Below, one piece after another: positions 1-11,988 of a stretch of 64,000 nucleotides of DNA (position 1 is the first letter of the stretch; the number at the start of each line of letters is the position of its first letter). The stretch is taken from contig BCKQ01000007.1 in the NCBI GenBank assembly GCA_001600695.1, positions 378,713 to 442,712 on the forward strand. Reading direction: 5' to 3'. A model generated the notes under the pieces. It did no database searches. It was not told the origin of the DNA and was given only the letters and a program-made list of their open reading frames with translations. This stretch comes from Ascoidea asiatica JCM 7603 (Eukaryota > Fungi > Ascomycota). The translations under genes were made by a program, and so were the position numbers.

Positions 1-3000
1 AGCTCTTTAAAAGAATCAAAACTGAAAACTAATTCAAATATTTCGGACACCATTGTTTTTATAAGAACCTTTTCAAACTTATGTGAAATATACTACTCAA
101 AAATTGGTGTTGCCAAAATAAATGACAATGCAGAAAATATGGCAAAGAGAGATGATGTTAAAATTACTGATTATGAATTATATTTCTCAATTTTGCATAA
201 AGAAGTAGCTGAATTGGGCCAATATTTCGATCAATTTAAAAGCTATAATAATATTAATAATAATCTTTCGAAAAATGAATTACTAAAAACAATTGGTGAT
301 ACAATGTCTTTGAAATTTTTTAATAGTTTATGGAATCATTTATCAAGTAAAGATAATGAAGAAATTTCTTTAGCATTCATTAAAACTTTAAATTCTCTTG
401 AGGAAATGCCATACGTCTATGAGTTGCTTTTACATAATTTTATTTTCTCTCTTTGCTTGAATGAAAATTTCAACCAAGCTCTACTAAACCTAACCCACGT
501 TATAAAACCTGAATTTTTGGTAAAAATGCTATTAAATGAAAATCAGTGGATTGAAATTATAAAAGTTAGTAGTGATAAGTATGTTGATACAAGGTTGTTT
601 ATATCTGATTCTCTGAATACCAGAATTCTTTTAAAAAATGAGTACTTTATTGACAATGATTTATCTCATTCAACTAATAGTTTAAAACTTTCCATATTTT
701 ATTTAAAATTGATTGACTTCTTAGAGTCTCAAAATAAATATCAAACATCTGATTTTGAAATCTTATCTCTCTCGGTGATGAGTGAAATATGTCAAGATTA
801 TGGCTTTTTAAACGATTGTGATGAATGTGAATTGAAAGTTATAAAAAATTTTAAAGATGATTGTTTAACATTGCTGAATGAAAATGTTGAAAAAACATCA
901 ATTATCAAATTTTGTGATGAGATAATAAATCCCCCAGAAGCAAATAATGTTCTTCATGAAAAGTTAAATTTAATTCAATATATAATCAGGAAAATTGATG
1001 ATAAATCTGTACTTAGCTTTTATTTCTTAAGAGTTTTGGTCTCAAGTTTCCAGAATTTAAAAACTGATTTTAACTTAGATATTAATTTAGAAAATTTTAT
1101 GGAAAAAGTCTTTGAAAGACCAATAATATTTTCAGCTTGTATAAGTTTGTTCAAAAAAGTTATGGATAAAGATCATTTGATTGAATTATTGAATAATTTA
1201 GTTTCAAAATTAATCAATCTTGAAAGTATTTCAGATATTTTAGAGAAAGGAAAAATTATTTTAGTTATGTTAAATAATTTACTCCAAAATAATTCATCCA
1301 CAGAAATAAATGGATTTTCGTTAATACCACTAAATCAATTAACAATATTGATGAATAAAGTTAATGATTGGATTAAAGTTTTTTCAGATGAAATATTTTT
1401 GGAAGAAAATGATTCATTTTTAATGGAATTACTTTTTTTTAGTACAGGATCATTTAGAAATTCAAAAATTTTTAAAAGTATTGAAGCTTCAGAAAATGAT
1501 GAAAATACTGATGTTCAAAATGAATTGAATTCATGTGGATTAAAGTTATGTGAATCTTGTTTTGTGATTATACTTTCAAGATTTAGAAATGATAAAAAGC
1601 CAATTGGAATATATTACTCTACATTAAAACTATTTTCATTATTACAAAAAATAAAATATGGTAATAATGAAGATAACAATAATATTTGTAAAATTGAAAG
1701 GAATATATATACTTTAAATTTTAAAATTTTGATTAGTAGAATATCAGAGAATGAAAACAATCAAGCAATTTTAAAATGTAATAGATTATGTATTGAAATT
1801 TTTGATAAATTTCCTACAGACATTTACAAATTTGATATATGCTATGTACTTAAGTTACTTGATTCAAATCATATGTCAATTCAACAAATCGGAGGTAGAA
1901 TGTGTTATAAAATATTAAAAAAAATTCGAGAAATTCTTAATGATAATAGAGGATTCTTAGATGATATTTTACGTAAATTTCATAGAGATTTAACTGATAA
2001 TATATCGAGTTCCTTTGAAGAATTTAGAGGAAATAATAAAATTAATGAAGAATTTAAATATTTATGGAGTTGGTTATTGTTGAAAGAATTTGATGATCAT
2101 TTTATCAATGATATTAAAAAAATATTTGGTAATTCTTATGGAATAAATTTATGTACAGGAAAATTATTATTTTTTTTATTTGAATTAGTTGATTTATCAG
2201 AAACAAATTTATTGAAATTAAATTCAAAGGAAAATGATAGTTCAGAATATGAAGAGGACTGTAATGGTGAAGAAAATAAAATGGATGAAAATTTTAACAT
2301 TTATGAAACTATTGAAGAAATTGAAAATCATAAATGTATGGGATTTTCGGTAGAGGATGATTTTAATTTATTGATGAATAGTGGTAAAACTATTCTGTTT
2401 ATATGGTTTTTAAAAGTCGCTAGATCAGAAGTTTTAAAAATTTATAAAAATCATGAAAGTTGTATATTAAAAGAAAACTTAAAGAATTTTACAATAAAAT
2501 ATATAACATCACGTATTATTGATTATGAAATTGATGAAGTTGGAGGACTTGTTGATAAATTCAAAGATATGGAAATTGAAATAACTGAAGATGAAAATGA
2601 ATTTAAAACAATTTTTGAAGTGAATGAAAAACAATTAGAAGTTTCAATTCGTTTTCCAGAACGTTATCCTTTAGAAAATGTACTGATTAAAGGTAAATAT
2701 GAAAATTGTATTGAAAAAGAACAATGGGATTTATGGGTGGGTGAGTGTTATAATAATATCAACTCTCTAGATGCGAAAGCTTCAGGAGTAATAGCAGCTT
2801 TTTATGAAAGAATCCAAGATGAAATACTTGATGTTGAAGGTTGTTGTATATGCTATGCATTACTTGATGAAAAATTTAAAGTACCTTCTAAAGCTTGTCA
2901 GGATTGCAAAAAAATATTTCATTTTGAATGTATAAAAGATTGGTTAAAAACCTCAAGGAAAAATACCTGTCCTCACTGTCGATCAACTACTTTTGAAGCC

Positions 3001-3006
3001 AAATAG
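1..3006 (+). CDS. RKR1: Listerin/Ltn1 (Rkr1)-like RQC E3 ubiquitin ligase, C-terminal part; 5'-truncated by the window edge, diverged
   Basis: Frame is open from base 1 to the ATG at 139, so the true start is probably upstream of the window. Helical region, then RWD-like segment (LEVSIRFPERYPLENV..IEKEQWDLW), then terminal C4HC3 RING (CCICY..PSKACQDCKKIFHFEC..W..TCPHCR) typical of Ltn1. Confidence 0.8.
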   Translation, partial: SSLKESKLKTNSNISDTIVFIRTFSNLCEIYYSKIGVAKINDNAENMAKRDDVKITDYELYFSILHKEVAELGQYFDQFKSYNNINNNLSKNELLKTIGDTMSLKFFNSLWNHLSSKDNEEISLAFIKTLNSLEEMPYVYELLLHNFIFSLCLNENFNQALLNLTHVIKPEFLVKMLLNENQWIEIIKVSSDKYVDTRLFISDSLNTRILLKNEYFIDNDLSHSTNSLKLSIFYLKLIDFLESQNKYQTSDFEILSLSVMSEICQDYGFLNDCDECELKVIKNFKDDCLTLLNENVEKTSIIKFCDEIINPPEANNVLHEKLNLIQYIIRKIDDKSVLSFYFLRVLVSSFQNLKTDFNLDINLENFMEKVFERPIIFSACISLFKKVMDKDHLIELLNNLVSKLINLESISDILEKGKIILVMLNNLLQNNSSTEINGFSLIPLNQLTILMNKVNDWIKVFSDEIFLEENDSFLMELLFFSTGSFRNSKIFKSIEASENDENTDVQNELNSCGLKLCESCFVIILSRFRNDKKPIGIYYSTLKLFSLLQKIKYGNNEDNNNICKIERNIYTLNFKILISRISENENNQAILKCNRLCIEIFDKFPTDIYKFDICYVLKLLDSNHMSIQQIGGRMCYKILKKIREILNDNRGFLDDILRKFHRDLTDNISSSFEEFRGNNKINEEFKYLWSWLLLKEFDDHFINDIKKIFGNSYGINLCTGKLLFFLFELVDLSETNLLKLNSKENDSSEYEEDCNGEENKMDENFNIYETIEEIENHKCMGFSVEDDFNLLMNSGKTILFIWFLKVARSEVLKIYKNHESCILKENLKNFTIKYITSRIIDYEIDEVGGLVDKFKDMEIEITEDENEFKTIFEVNEKQLEVSIRFPERYPLENVLIKGKYENCIEKEQWDLWVGECYNNINSLDAKASGVIAAFYERIQDEILDVEGCCICYALLDEKFKVPSKACQDCKKIFHFECIKDWLKTSRKNTCPHCRSTTFEAK

Positions 3007-3130
3007 AGGAAATCGAAATAAATAAAGCCATTATTGTTATCAATTAGAAAAATAACATTGTATCCAGATGAAAATAGACTAAATAAATGAATAAACTCAG
3101 ATACTTTTTGTGTAATATGATATATGATTG

Positions 3131-3140
3131 CCTAATTAGG
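3131..3140. promoter_or_regulatory. Mcm1-type MADS-box site (CCTAATTAGG) upstream of CPT1/EPT1
   Basis: Perfect palindromic CC(A/T)6GG at the edge of a GC-rich promoter island that also has CACGTGAC at 3234-3241. Confidence 0.4.
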
Positions 3141-3914
3141 AAGTAGCGTGCCCTATATATATATTTTGCCCTAAATAATCACAGGCAATGTCCCAAGAGG
3201 GTCTCCTCTGGCCTGCAATTTTACAAAAGCACACACGTGACCCCTTTTGCTTTGTTGGGCATCTCCGGACTGCTCCTTTGGCATGTGACGCGCGCGCCTG
3301 CGTTCTTGTTGGGCTCTGCGCAGTTTGCGAGCTGCCCAGCCACGACCCGCAGCGCTGGTTGCGCTGGGTGAGAAGAACGTTGTCGTTGGTTGTGGATAGC
3401 AATTAATTCCATCTCATAAATTCCATTTGCCTGTGATTATTTTCAGTTTATTCAATAAATTTTTATTATTTCATTAATCTTTAAATCTAAAAAAGTGTAC
3501 CTCAACAAACTAACTCAAATTCATATTGACTATCAATCAGATATATTAAAGGTATCTATTTATTTATTTATATATTTATTTATTCATATATCATAAATAG
3601 ATAAAAGTATATCAAAACTGTTCTTTTTCTTCATATTCGTTGTTAATTATTAATTCGAAACATTATAAATACATGATATCTAAAATTGACTTACTGCTTC
3701 AGATTCAGATTAAGATTCAGACTCAGAAATAATCAAGAATATATTCCAATATATTTCAACATTACTCAATATTTTTTCATTAAAATTACTCTGTGCTTTA
3801 ATATTCTATTTCATTTCATTACTGATAACTGTTTAATTATCTATTTATTCTTTTCTATATTAATATTATTATTATTTTATATTTTCGAAATTTTCAGATT
3901 TCAATTTTTCAAAA

Positions 3915-5348
3915 ATGGGTGTATTTATTAAAAATTTAGAACATTTAAAAGATTATAAATATCAAAGTGAAGATCATTCAATTATAACTAAATATATTTT
4001 GAAGCCATTTTGGTTAAAATTTGTTCAAATTTTTCCATTATGGATGGCTCCAAATTTAATTACTTTATCTGGATTTATATTTATTATAATAAATTTAATT
4101 ACTGTTTTTATTTATGATTTTTATCTTAATAATTTAAATGCTCCACGTTGGGTTTATTTATCTTTTGCAGTTGGTTTATTTTTATATCAAACTTTTGATG
4201 CTTGTGATGGAACTCATGCAAGAAGAACTGGTCAATCTGGTCCATTAGGTGAATTATTTGATCATTGTGTTGATGCTTGTAATACAACTTTATCAATAAT
4301 TATTTTTGCTTCTGTAACAAAAATGGGTTATTCATTTATTTTAATATTTGCTCAATTTGGTTGTTTATTAAATTTTTATTTAAGTACTTGGGAAGAATAT
4401 CATACTCATACTTTATATTTAAGTTCAATTTCTGGTCCTGTTGAAGGTATATTAATGATAATTTTATTATTTTTTATAACTTTTTTATTTGGTCCTGAAA
4501 TTTGGAATTATAAAATTTTTGAAATTAATTTAAATAATTTAATCTCAGATAAAAAAATTATTGATAAACTAAATCAATTAGATAATCATTTAGATTTAAG
4601 AAATTCAATTAATAGTATTAATAATAATATTAATATTAATCAAAATTTACAAAGTCAAAATCAAATTAATAATACTGATTTTATAATTCCAATTAATTTC
4701 ACTTTTGTTTATGCAATTATTGGTCTTTTAACTTTATATTTCAATATAAAAACTTCAATTCATAATGTTATAAAAGCTTATAAGAAAAAAGCTTTAACTT
4801 TAATGAATCCACCTCAATCATCATCATCTTCTTCATCATCTTCTTCAACTTCTTTATTAGGTTCAAATTCAGATATTAATTTAAATAAACCAACTTTTAA
4901 AAACGAAAATTATCTGTATAATCAAGTTAAAATTGCTTTATATGGTTTATTACCTTTTTTAATGTATTATACTTCAATTTTTATTTTAGTTTTTTTAATT
5001 AAAGATCATTTATTAACTGAAAAATCACCAATTTTTTTACCTTTTATTTTTCAAATTGGTTTAACAATTGCATTTTCAGTTGGTAGAATAATCATAACAC
5101 ATTTAACAATTTCAAATTATCCAAGATTTTTTTTACCAATGATTATACCTTTTATACAAATTGTATTTTATATTTTTTTATCAAAAATTTTAAAATTTGA
5201 TTCATTTGCAACAACTAATAATTTAATTTATTTCGGTTTTGGTTTAACTTTTGCAATTTATTCAATATTTATTTATGAAATAATTTCTGAAATTACTGAA
5301 TATCTTGATATTTATGCTTTATCAATTAAACATCCAAAAGTTGCATAA
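3915..5348 (+). CDS. EPT1: Choline/ethanolamine phosphotransferase (CPT1/EPT1 family)
   Basis: YKYQSEDHS N-terminus, WMAPNLITL, CDP-alcohol phosphotransferase motif DACDGTHARRTGQSGPLGELFDHCVD, STWEEYHT. Cannot distinguish EPT1 from CPT1. Confidence 0.9.
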   Translation: MGVFIKNLEHLKDYKYQSEDHSIITKYILKPFWLKFVQIFPLWMAPNLITLSGFIFIIINLITVFIYDFYLNNLNAPRWVYLSFAVGLFLYQTFDACDGTHARRTGQSGPLGELFDHCVDACNTTLSIIIFASVTKMGYSFILIFAQFGCLLNFYLSTWEEYHTHTLYLSSISGPVEGILMIILLFFITFLFGPEIWNYKIFEINLNNLISDKKIIDKLNQLDNHLDLRNSINSINNNININQNLQSQNQINNTDFIIPINFTFVYAIIGLLTLYFNIKTSIHNVIKAYKKKALTLMNPPQSSSSSSSSSSTSLLGSNSDINLNKPTFKNENYLYNQVKIALYGLLPFLMYYTSIFILVFLIKDHLLTEKSPIFLPFIFQIGLTIAFSVGRIIITHLTISNYPRFFLPMIIPFIQIVFYIFLSKILKFDSFATTNNLIYFGFGLTFAIYSIFIYEIISEITEYLDIYALSIKHPKVA

Positions 5349-5515
5349 TTTTAATTTCAATAATAATTATACCTACAAACAAACAAACAAACCAAAAAAC
5401 AATTAAATTCAATAGATAGATTAAATAGAATAGAATTTTGTATTAATAAAATAATATAGTATATATGTACTTGTATGTATTCGTAATGATCAATTGTAAT
5501 TAGCTTTTATTTTTT

Positions 5516-6445
5516 TTATCTTGCTTTACCAGATAAATACATTCCTTTAATTTCCCTAATTTGATTGATAACAATTTTTGACAGATCTTTACCAATTAAT
5601 TCATCATTAATTTTAAGTAATTTATCATTATTTAAATCTCTCATTTTATCTTTTAAATTAATTTTAAATACATTATTTAAATCATAAAAAATTAATTCAA
5701 TATTATTTTTAAAATCACTTATTTGAAATTTAAATGATTTAATTTCACTTAAATTATTATTATTAGTTTTTAAAGTTTCATTGAATTCAATCAATGATTC
5801 ATTTAGTAATTTTAAACTTTTTAATCTTTTTGAATAATTTGAATATTTTCTTTCTGGTAATATTAAATTTATTTTATATGGATTATATGAATGATCATCA
5901 AGATTATTATTTTCATAATTTTCATCATAAGTACTACTTTTAGCATCAGGAATAATGCTATTGCTCTCGGTATTACTGCCAGTAGTAATATTTTCAGTTT
6001 TTTGATCTTCAAAAGTTACATGTTTAACTTCTTTATTATCAAATTTTAATGTACTTTCTTTTAATTCCTCATCAGGAATATCATCATAATCATCGGTTTG
6101 TAAACATGAATCAACATAATATTTCTTTTCTACAGGGTTACTTTTATTATAAATTAATTTAATATTTGGAATAATTTTGAAAAAATTTGAAGATTTTAAA
6201 TTCAATTTAATTAGATTTTTAAATAAATTATTATAATAATCTTTTGATAATCTATATTTATTAATCAATAATGGTTTTAAAATCACAACTAATAATGCAT
6301 ATAGTATTAAAACTGAATAACCAGATAAATGTAATAATTTTATGATAAATTGCAATAATTTTGGCTTTTTAATATCCTTTGAAGCTTTATCTAGTAATGA
6401 ATCTGGTATATTCTCAGGAAATGCTATTTTTTCAATTCTATTCAT
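5516..6445 (-). CDS. PEX17: Peroxin Pex17-like
   Basis: Single N-terminal TM followed by LKPLL, coiled coils, C-terminal IREIKGMYLSGK resembling the Pex17 IRxxKGW/M end. Confidence 0.7.
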   Translation of the reverse strand: MNRIEKIAFPENIPDSLLDKASKDIKKPKLLQFIIKLLHLSGYSVLILYALLVVILKPLLINKYRLSKDYYNNLFKNLIKLNLKSSNFFKIIPNIKLIYNKSNPVEKKYYVDSCLQTDDYDDIPDEELKESTLKFDNKEVKHVTFEDQKTENITTGSNTESNSIIPDAKSSTYDENYENNNLDDHSYNPYKINLILPERKYSNYSKRLKSLKLLNESLIEFNETLKTNNNNLSEIKSFKFQISDFKNNIELIFYDLNNVFKINLKDKMRDLNNDKLLKINDELIGKDLSKIVINQIREIKGMYLSGKAR

Positions 6446-7064
6446 TATTCTTAGCTTGATTATTTATGTTCTGTACTTTATTGTCTGTCTTTTACACTTG
6501 AAATACCTATGAAATAAATGATTCCTTTTCTTTTTACTTATTTGAATGCTGTCTTTGTAACAACATCGTCTTCGTTGAACACTTCGAGTGATTATTTATT
6601 TATCTTCACTCTCTAATTTAAAGCTTCTTTTTGATTTCAGTTCTCCTCTTCAAATTTCCGATTCGAGTTAAATTTACATCTGCGCTAATATAAAATAAAC
6701 ACGTGATCTTTATCTTATATTTCACTGTTACTTAGCTTGTTTGCCTTTTTGATTACTACTTATTAAATGCTTTATTTTAAACGAATCTATTAAAGTAAAT
6801 AAAAAATATTTAGAGATTACTAAGAAAATACTACGAGAGTTTGTGGAAAAAAGAAGAAATATAATTCAAGGTCATGATTGTCATTTAGGGTGAAACTTTG
6901 AAAGAAGAAACACTGTTAGAATCGAGTAGCAGCATAGGCCGAAGCAAGTTAAGCAAAATGCTTTTGTTGATTGAGAAAAGGAAAGAAGTAGATATGAAAA
7001 AATATTGGAGTAAGATGTAGTTAACTTTAAGTGTTGAAAGAAATAAATAAAAATGCAGGCTAGA

Positions 7065-8735
7065 TCATTTCTTTTCACTTAACTCTTTAGATCTTATTTC
7101 TTCAAGTTTTTGTGTAACGTATTCCTCTTCATCAATATCATTTGGTACTTTTATAATTATATTTTTAAAATATCCATTTTCATCCATAATTTCTTTTGAA
7201 ACTAAATGATAATTTCTTATTTTTGGTAAAACTTTTGACCATATAACCCAATAAACTAATCCAATTCCAAATACACCCCAAGTGACAACTGCATGAAGCC
7301 AATAAGGTAAATTATTATAAACATTTTGACCTTTACTTGGTGGAATATATGGAGCAACAATTAAATATAATGAAGCTAATCCAAAAAATAAAATAACAAA
7401 TGAATATGATTTTATTGGTGGTGACCAAGTATCTTTATGTTTAAAATGAATATAAAGTAAACCAAAAGCAACAATTGTATTAATAACATTTAATGGATAT
7501 GAAATTAAATTCATTACAAAATTATATGCATCGCCAGGTGGTGGAATAATTATTGTTAATATACAAAATAACCATTGTTGAAATAAAGCTGCAGCTGGTG
7601 TATTAAATGGTTTTTGACTTGAAAATATTTTTGAAAATGGTAAAATACCTTCTCTACCTAATTGTTGTATAATTCTACTTTGAGAAAATAAAACAGCTAA
7701 AACATTACCTGTTGCACTTAAAGCAACAAAAGCAGATGCAACTCTTGCACCAGTATTTCCAAATATATTTTTAAAAAAATTTGCAGCAACAATTCTACCA
7801 GATTCACTTAATTCTTCTCTTGGAACAACAGCAAAATATGCAATATTTACAAGTATATAAAATATTGAAACAATAATAAAAGCAATTGGAGCTGCAACTT
7901 TAAGAGTTTTAGTTGGATTTTTAACTTCTGCTAAAGCATAATTTGCATTTGTATAACCAACATATGACCAAATAACATTATATAAAGCTGTAACAATACT
8001 ATAACCAGAAGGTTCAATACCATGAGTATCAAAAGAATTATGAAAATTATTTGTTTTAGTAAAATTATTAATTTTTATACCTCCACCTAAAGCAACAAAT
8101 CCAGTAATAATTATAAATAAAATTAATAAAATTTTTATAAAACCTAAAATATTTTGTAAAAATAAACCAATTTTAACATTTATTGAATGAATAATAAATG
8201 CAAAAGTTATAATTCCAATACCAATAGCTCTTGTATTCCATTGAGTTTGTTGAACATTTGCAGCATTTAAAATATATTCACCTACAACAATTGAATTACC
8301 TGCAGACCAAATTAAAAAAAATGTATAAGATGCATACATGGCAGTTATTAGAAATTTTGGTTTTTTAAAAATATATTCTAAATAATTTTTTTCACCACCA
8401 TTTCTTGGAATTGCAGAACCAAATTCCATATAAACATATAAACCTGAAAATGCAATTAATGAACCAATAACCCATAAAATTAATGATAAACCAACAGAAC
8501 CTGCAAGTAAAAAAATAGTTGAAGAAACTGAAAATATACCACTACCTATCATTCTATTCCATATTAAAGAAACTGCAGATAAATAACCAATTTCTTTTTG
8601 ATTTTTTTCTAATTGAACAATGCCAATTTCTGTATCAATGAAATCAGTTGATTTAATTGAAGTTCCATTTGAATTTGTATCATTATTCGAAGAAACTGTT
8701 GAAATAACAGTTTTTTTAAATGAATTGCTTGCCAT
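7065..8735 (-). CDS. MUP1: High-affinity methionine permease (LAT/APC family)
   Basis: NRMIGSGIF, EFGSAIPRNGGEKNYLE, LYNVIWSYVGY, IIPPPGDAYNF; ~12 TM; Met31/32 sites upstream. Confidence 0.92.
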   Translation of the reverse strand: MASNSFKKTVISTVSSNNDTNSNGTSIKSTDFIDTEIGIVQLEKNQKEIGYLSAVSLIWNRMIGSGIFSVSSTIFLLAGSVGLSLILWVIGSLIAFSGLYVYMEFGSAIPRNGGEKNYLEYIFKKPKFLITAMYASYTFFLIWSAGNSIVVGEYILNAANVQQTQWNTRAIGIGIITFAFIIHSINVKIGLFLQNILGFIKILLILFIIITGFVALGGGIKINNFTKTNNFHNSFDTHGIEPSGYSIVTALYNVIWSYVGYTNANYALAEVKNPTKTLKVAAPIAFIIVSIFYILVNIAYFAVVPREELSESGRIVAANFFKNIFGNTGARVASAFVALSATGNVLAVLFSQSRIIQQLGREGILPFSKIFSSQKPFNTPAAALFQQWLFCILTIIIPPPGDAYNFVMNLISYPLNVINTIVAFGLLYIHFKHKDTWSPPIKSYSFVILFFGLASLYLIVAPYIPPSKGQNVYNNLPYWLHAVVTWGVFGIGLVYWVIWSKVLPKIRNYHLVSKEIMDENGYFKNIIIKVPNDIDEEEYVTQKLEEIRSKELSEKK

Positions 8736-8929
8736 TTTTTGTAATATTATTAAATAAATATGTCTTAAACAGTAAATAATTTTAAAACTACTGAATTTAA
8801 GGCTGTTTTTATACTAATATTTGATAATTTCTAAAGTTGGTTCCTCTCCAAAAAAATCCAAAACTTCATGGTTCAAAAAATATAAAATAGAGTATCTCAA
8901 TAAATAAAAAGGGCAATCAAGTGATATAT

Positions 8930-9510
8930 AAACTGTGGCTACTGCGTATTATCCTTTTGGAAAACTGTGGCTATTCAACTTCTTCAATTCTATTTCAATA
9001 TCCTATAAAACAATTTGAGCAAACAAAAGAAAGACACTTTATTCAGGTTTCCAGACTAACCTTTTTCTTTTCTTCTCAGCCGTACTTCTAACAGTTTACT
9101 CTTTGTACTTTAGTTTACACATAAAATACAAAATAGTATCTTTTTCCAGTGGCTTAAGCAAACTAAAATACTAGAATACTAAAATCCTAAATTATTAAAA
9201 CACTAAAACAAAACGTCAAATGGACCCTGAGTAATTACAGTTGCTACACTCGCTTGGCACGTTGCCCCATTGGGAAGTTACCACAAAGGCATGCGCTTTT
9301 CGCGCCACTGGGACTGGGACTAATCGGGAAGCGTCACAAAGGCATCGACGGCATCAATTTTATATTCAGCCAAGCAAAGAAAAGAAAAGAAATGAAATCA
9401 TTGAAAAGCAATTACTGCTTGGTAAGTAAGAAATATTCAGTGAAGAATAGCACTTTAGAGAATTATAAAAGTCAACAAATTAAGAGTGCAATGGATAATA
9501 ACCACAGTTT
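8930..9510. promoter_or_regulatory. Met31/Met32 sites (AAACTGTGG) in the MUP1 promoter
   Basis: AAACTGTGG at 8930-8938 and 8962-8970; reverse copy CCACAGTTT at 9502-9510. Confidence 0.75.
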
Positions 9511-11988
9511 AAATGAATAGAAACGTCAAATAGAATAAGAAAAGGGAGTTCGAAAGGCTCTAATTTCACCATATCCCTTATAGGAATCATTTTATGACTG
9601 GCTTCGGATTTTTGGATACCTAAAGCACAATTATCGCCATAATTGAAATAATTATCAAATTCATTCTTATTATATTATCAGAATCTCCACTACTTCAGTT
9701 TTTTCTCATAATCAGCTTCGAATAAGTGTTTATACTAAAAATTATTTATCTTCATGCTTTTTTAAAACTAGTTCAAAAACCGTTATTAAAGGTTAAGCAA
9801 GTTGATGTCTATATTTCTGAAATACTGTATTTGGAGTTATTACTTTTGAGGAATATAATTTCTGGAAATTTAATAGATAATATTTATTGAAAGTACAAAA
9901 TATATTCGTAATATAAATGATATAAATGATATTCTTAGTTCTATTAAATTAAAACCCAAAACCAAGATTGTCTTTTAAACTAATAGTACCAATAATATAA
10001 ATAAAATACCTGTGAAAATGTTTTAATGGATATTGAAGTCAATATCTAAATCAATATTTAAGCGATTTACAGTATATTCCAAAATAAATGCCTATTCATT
10101 TAATAAATCCATTTTATTCAATCATTTGTCTCCCAGATGGCGTAATTGAGAACTCCTTGATTTTTTGAATATAGTAATTTAATATTTTTGAATATATTTA
10201 TATATATATAATATTAAATCCCTTTAGCTGTTTATTCATTAATACAAATTATCTGATCCTATGTTTTTCTTATTTGGGTGTAATTACTAAACAAAAAAAG
10301 ACGATCATATTAATTCAGCTTGAGCTCCTTGAACTATTCACTCATATTGGAGGTCAAAAACTCAACCACTTTCAGGGTTTTTTTCAGATATTTCAGATAG
10401 CAGAATGATTGAAATACAATTTTAGATTGAAATAAAAAGATTGCCAATGCTTATACTTTAGTAAATGTAGAAGTATCTTTAAAAGAATAAGCAAAAAAAT
10501 TAATTTTGAAAGACATCTTAGGAGAATTTCCTCAAACCATCAATGGAATAAGATTAGAGAATAAAATAACAGTAAAAAAAAAGATAGTTACCTCTAGTTT
10601 CCAACTATTAAAAGAATAATCTGCAATTAGAATTATCCCCTTTTTTTTGGAGTAAAGAATTTGAAAGGTAAATCTATATCTTTTATATTTTTTCCAAGGA
10701 CTTTTTGTTTTTTTTACTTTAAAATATCTTTTAAACAACTTATCACTTACCTTTTTTTGATTTTATTGAAACTCCAAGTATTTCTGATGTTATTGATGTT
10801 AGATATTGAACTGATTACAAGTTTTTTTCATAATTTGTTTTCTAAAACAATCAAAATGTGAGAATGAAAACAATTGCCTTGTTCCAAGGAAATTTTATTA
10901 AAGTAAGCTTTCGGTGAATAAAAAGGCTTATTTTTTTAAAAAAATTATCTTCATTTTACCATTACAGTAGTTCCAAAATAAAAAGTTGCTATTTGATCTT
11001 TAAAAAAAACTTGGAAATTATAATATCTAGGATTTAATTGGTAATAAAAGAACGTTTTGCATCTTAAAAATGAAAGTTATTTTCCTAGAAGTTTTAAGGT
11101 TTTTGTAATTGTACTCATTTTTCAAATATAAACTGTAAATCCTGCCAAAATATTCCTTTGAAAAAAATAAAGCCCGGTTTCAAATTTCCATTGTTTAATT
11201 TTTTTCAGTTTTGTATTTAATCTCAAACAGTAAGAGAATAGAAATATCGAAGATCTTTACATATTCGTCTATGTATTTTCATATTTAGTTATCGAGTAAA
11301 TCAATACAAAACTCTTATTTTATATGCTTGTACGCATGGCATCTAAATGAAGTCATTAATTAATCAAATTTATCAATATTTGTGTTAAAAAACTACAAAT
11401 AGCTAGTTCAAAAAAGCTTTTATTAATAATAATATCGTTCATACTAAAAATAATGTCAAATTCAATAAGTTACTGAATTTTTTTGGGAAAATCAATACAA
11501 AATCTTTACTAACATTAAAGAAAATAAAAATAAAAAGTTAACTCCTTTATGTTATTCAAGAACTGAAGAGATGTAATTACTAATCTCCGGTTAATATTTT
11601 TCAAAGATTGTCTCTATTTTCATTCTAAAATGTTTCAACTTCAAATAAGAAAAGAATCCTGAAGATTCAAATTTTTTTAACCTTTAAGTGAAATGATATA
11701 TAAAGGTAATTGGTTTTGGCAATATTCTCTCTTTTTTTCTGAATTTTAAAATTTTAATTATTATCATATTTTAACAATATTATACTTTATTAAATCAAAT
11801 CAATCTTAGCTTTTATTATTATCATAATAGCAAAATTATTTTAACTAAATCAATTAAAATAATTCTAAACTAGTCATTCCTTAAAACTTTAATTCCTTAA
11901 AACTCTTTTCTTTAACTCTTTAACTTTTTTTTTATTTAAAAAATAGAAAAAACACAAAAACTAAAATAAATCAACAAATAATTTAACA

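Noticed and set aside
11507-11520. TACTAAC..AAG suggesting a 5'-UTR intron of the LPMO
   Set aside because: It lies upstream of the likely TATA box (~11697) and has no good GTATGT donor nearby.
11588-11595. XlnR-like CGGTTAAT upstream of the LPMO
   Set aside because: Single short match, and no evidence that such a factor exists in this yeast.
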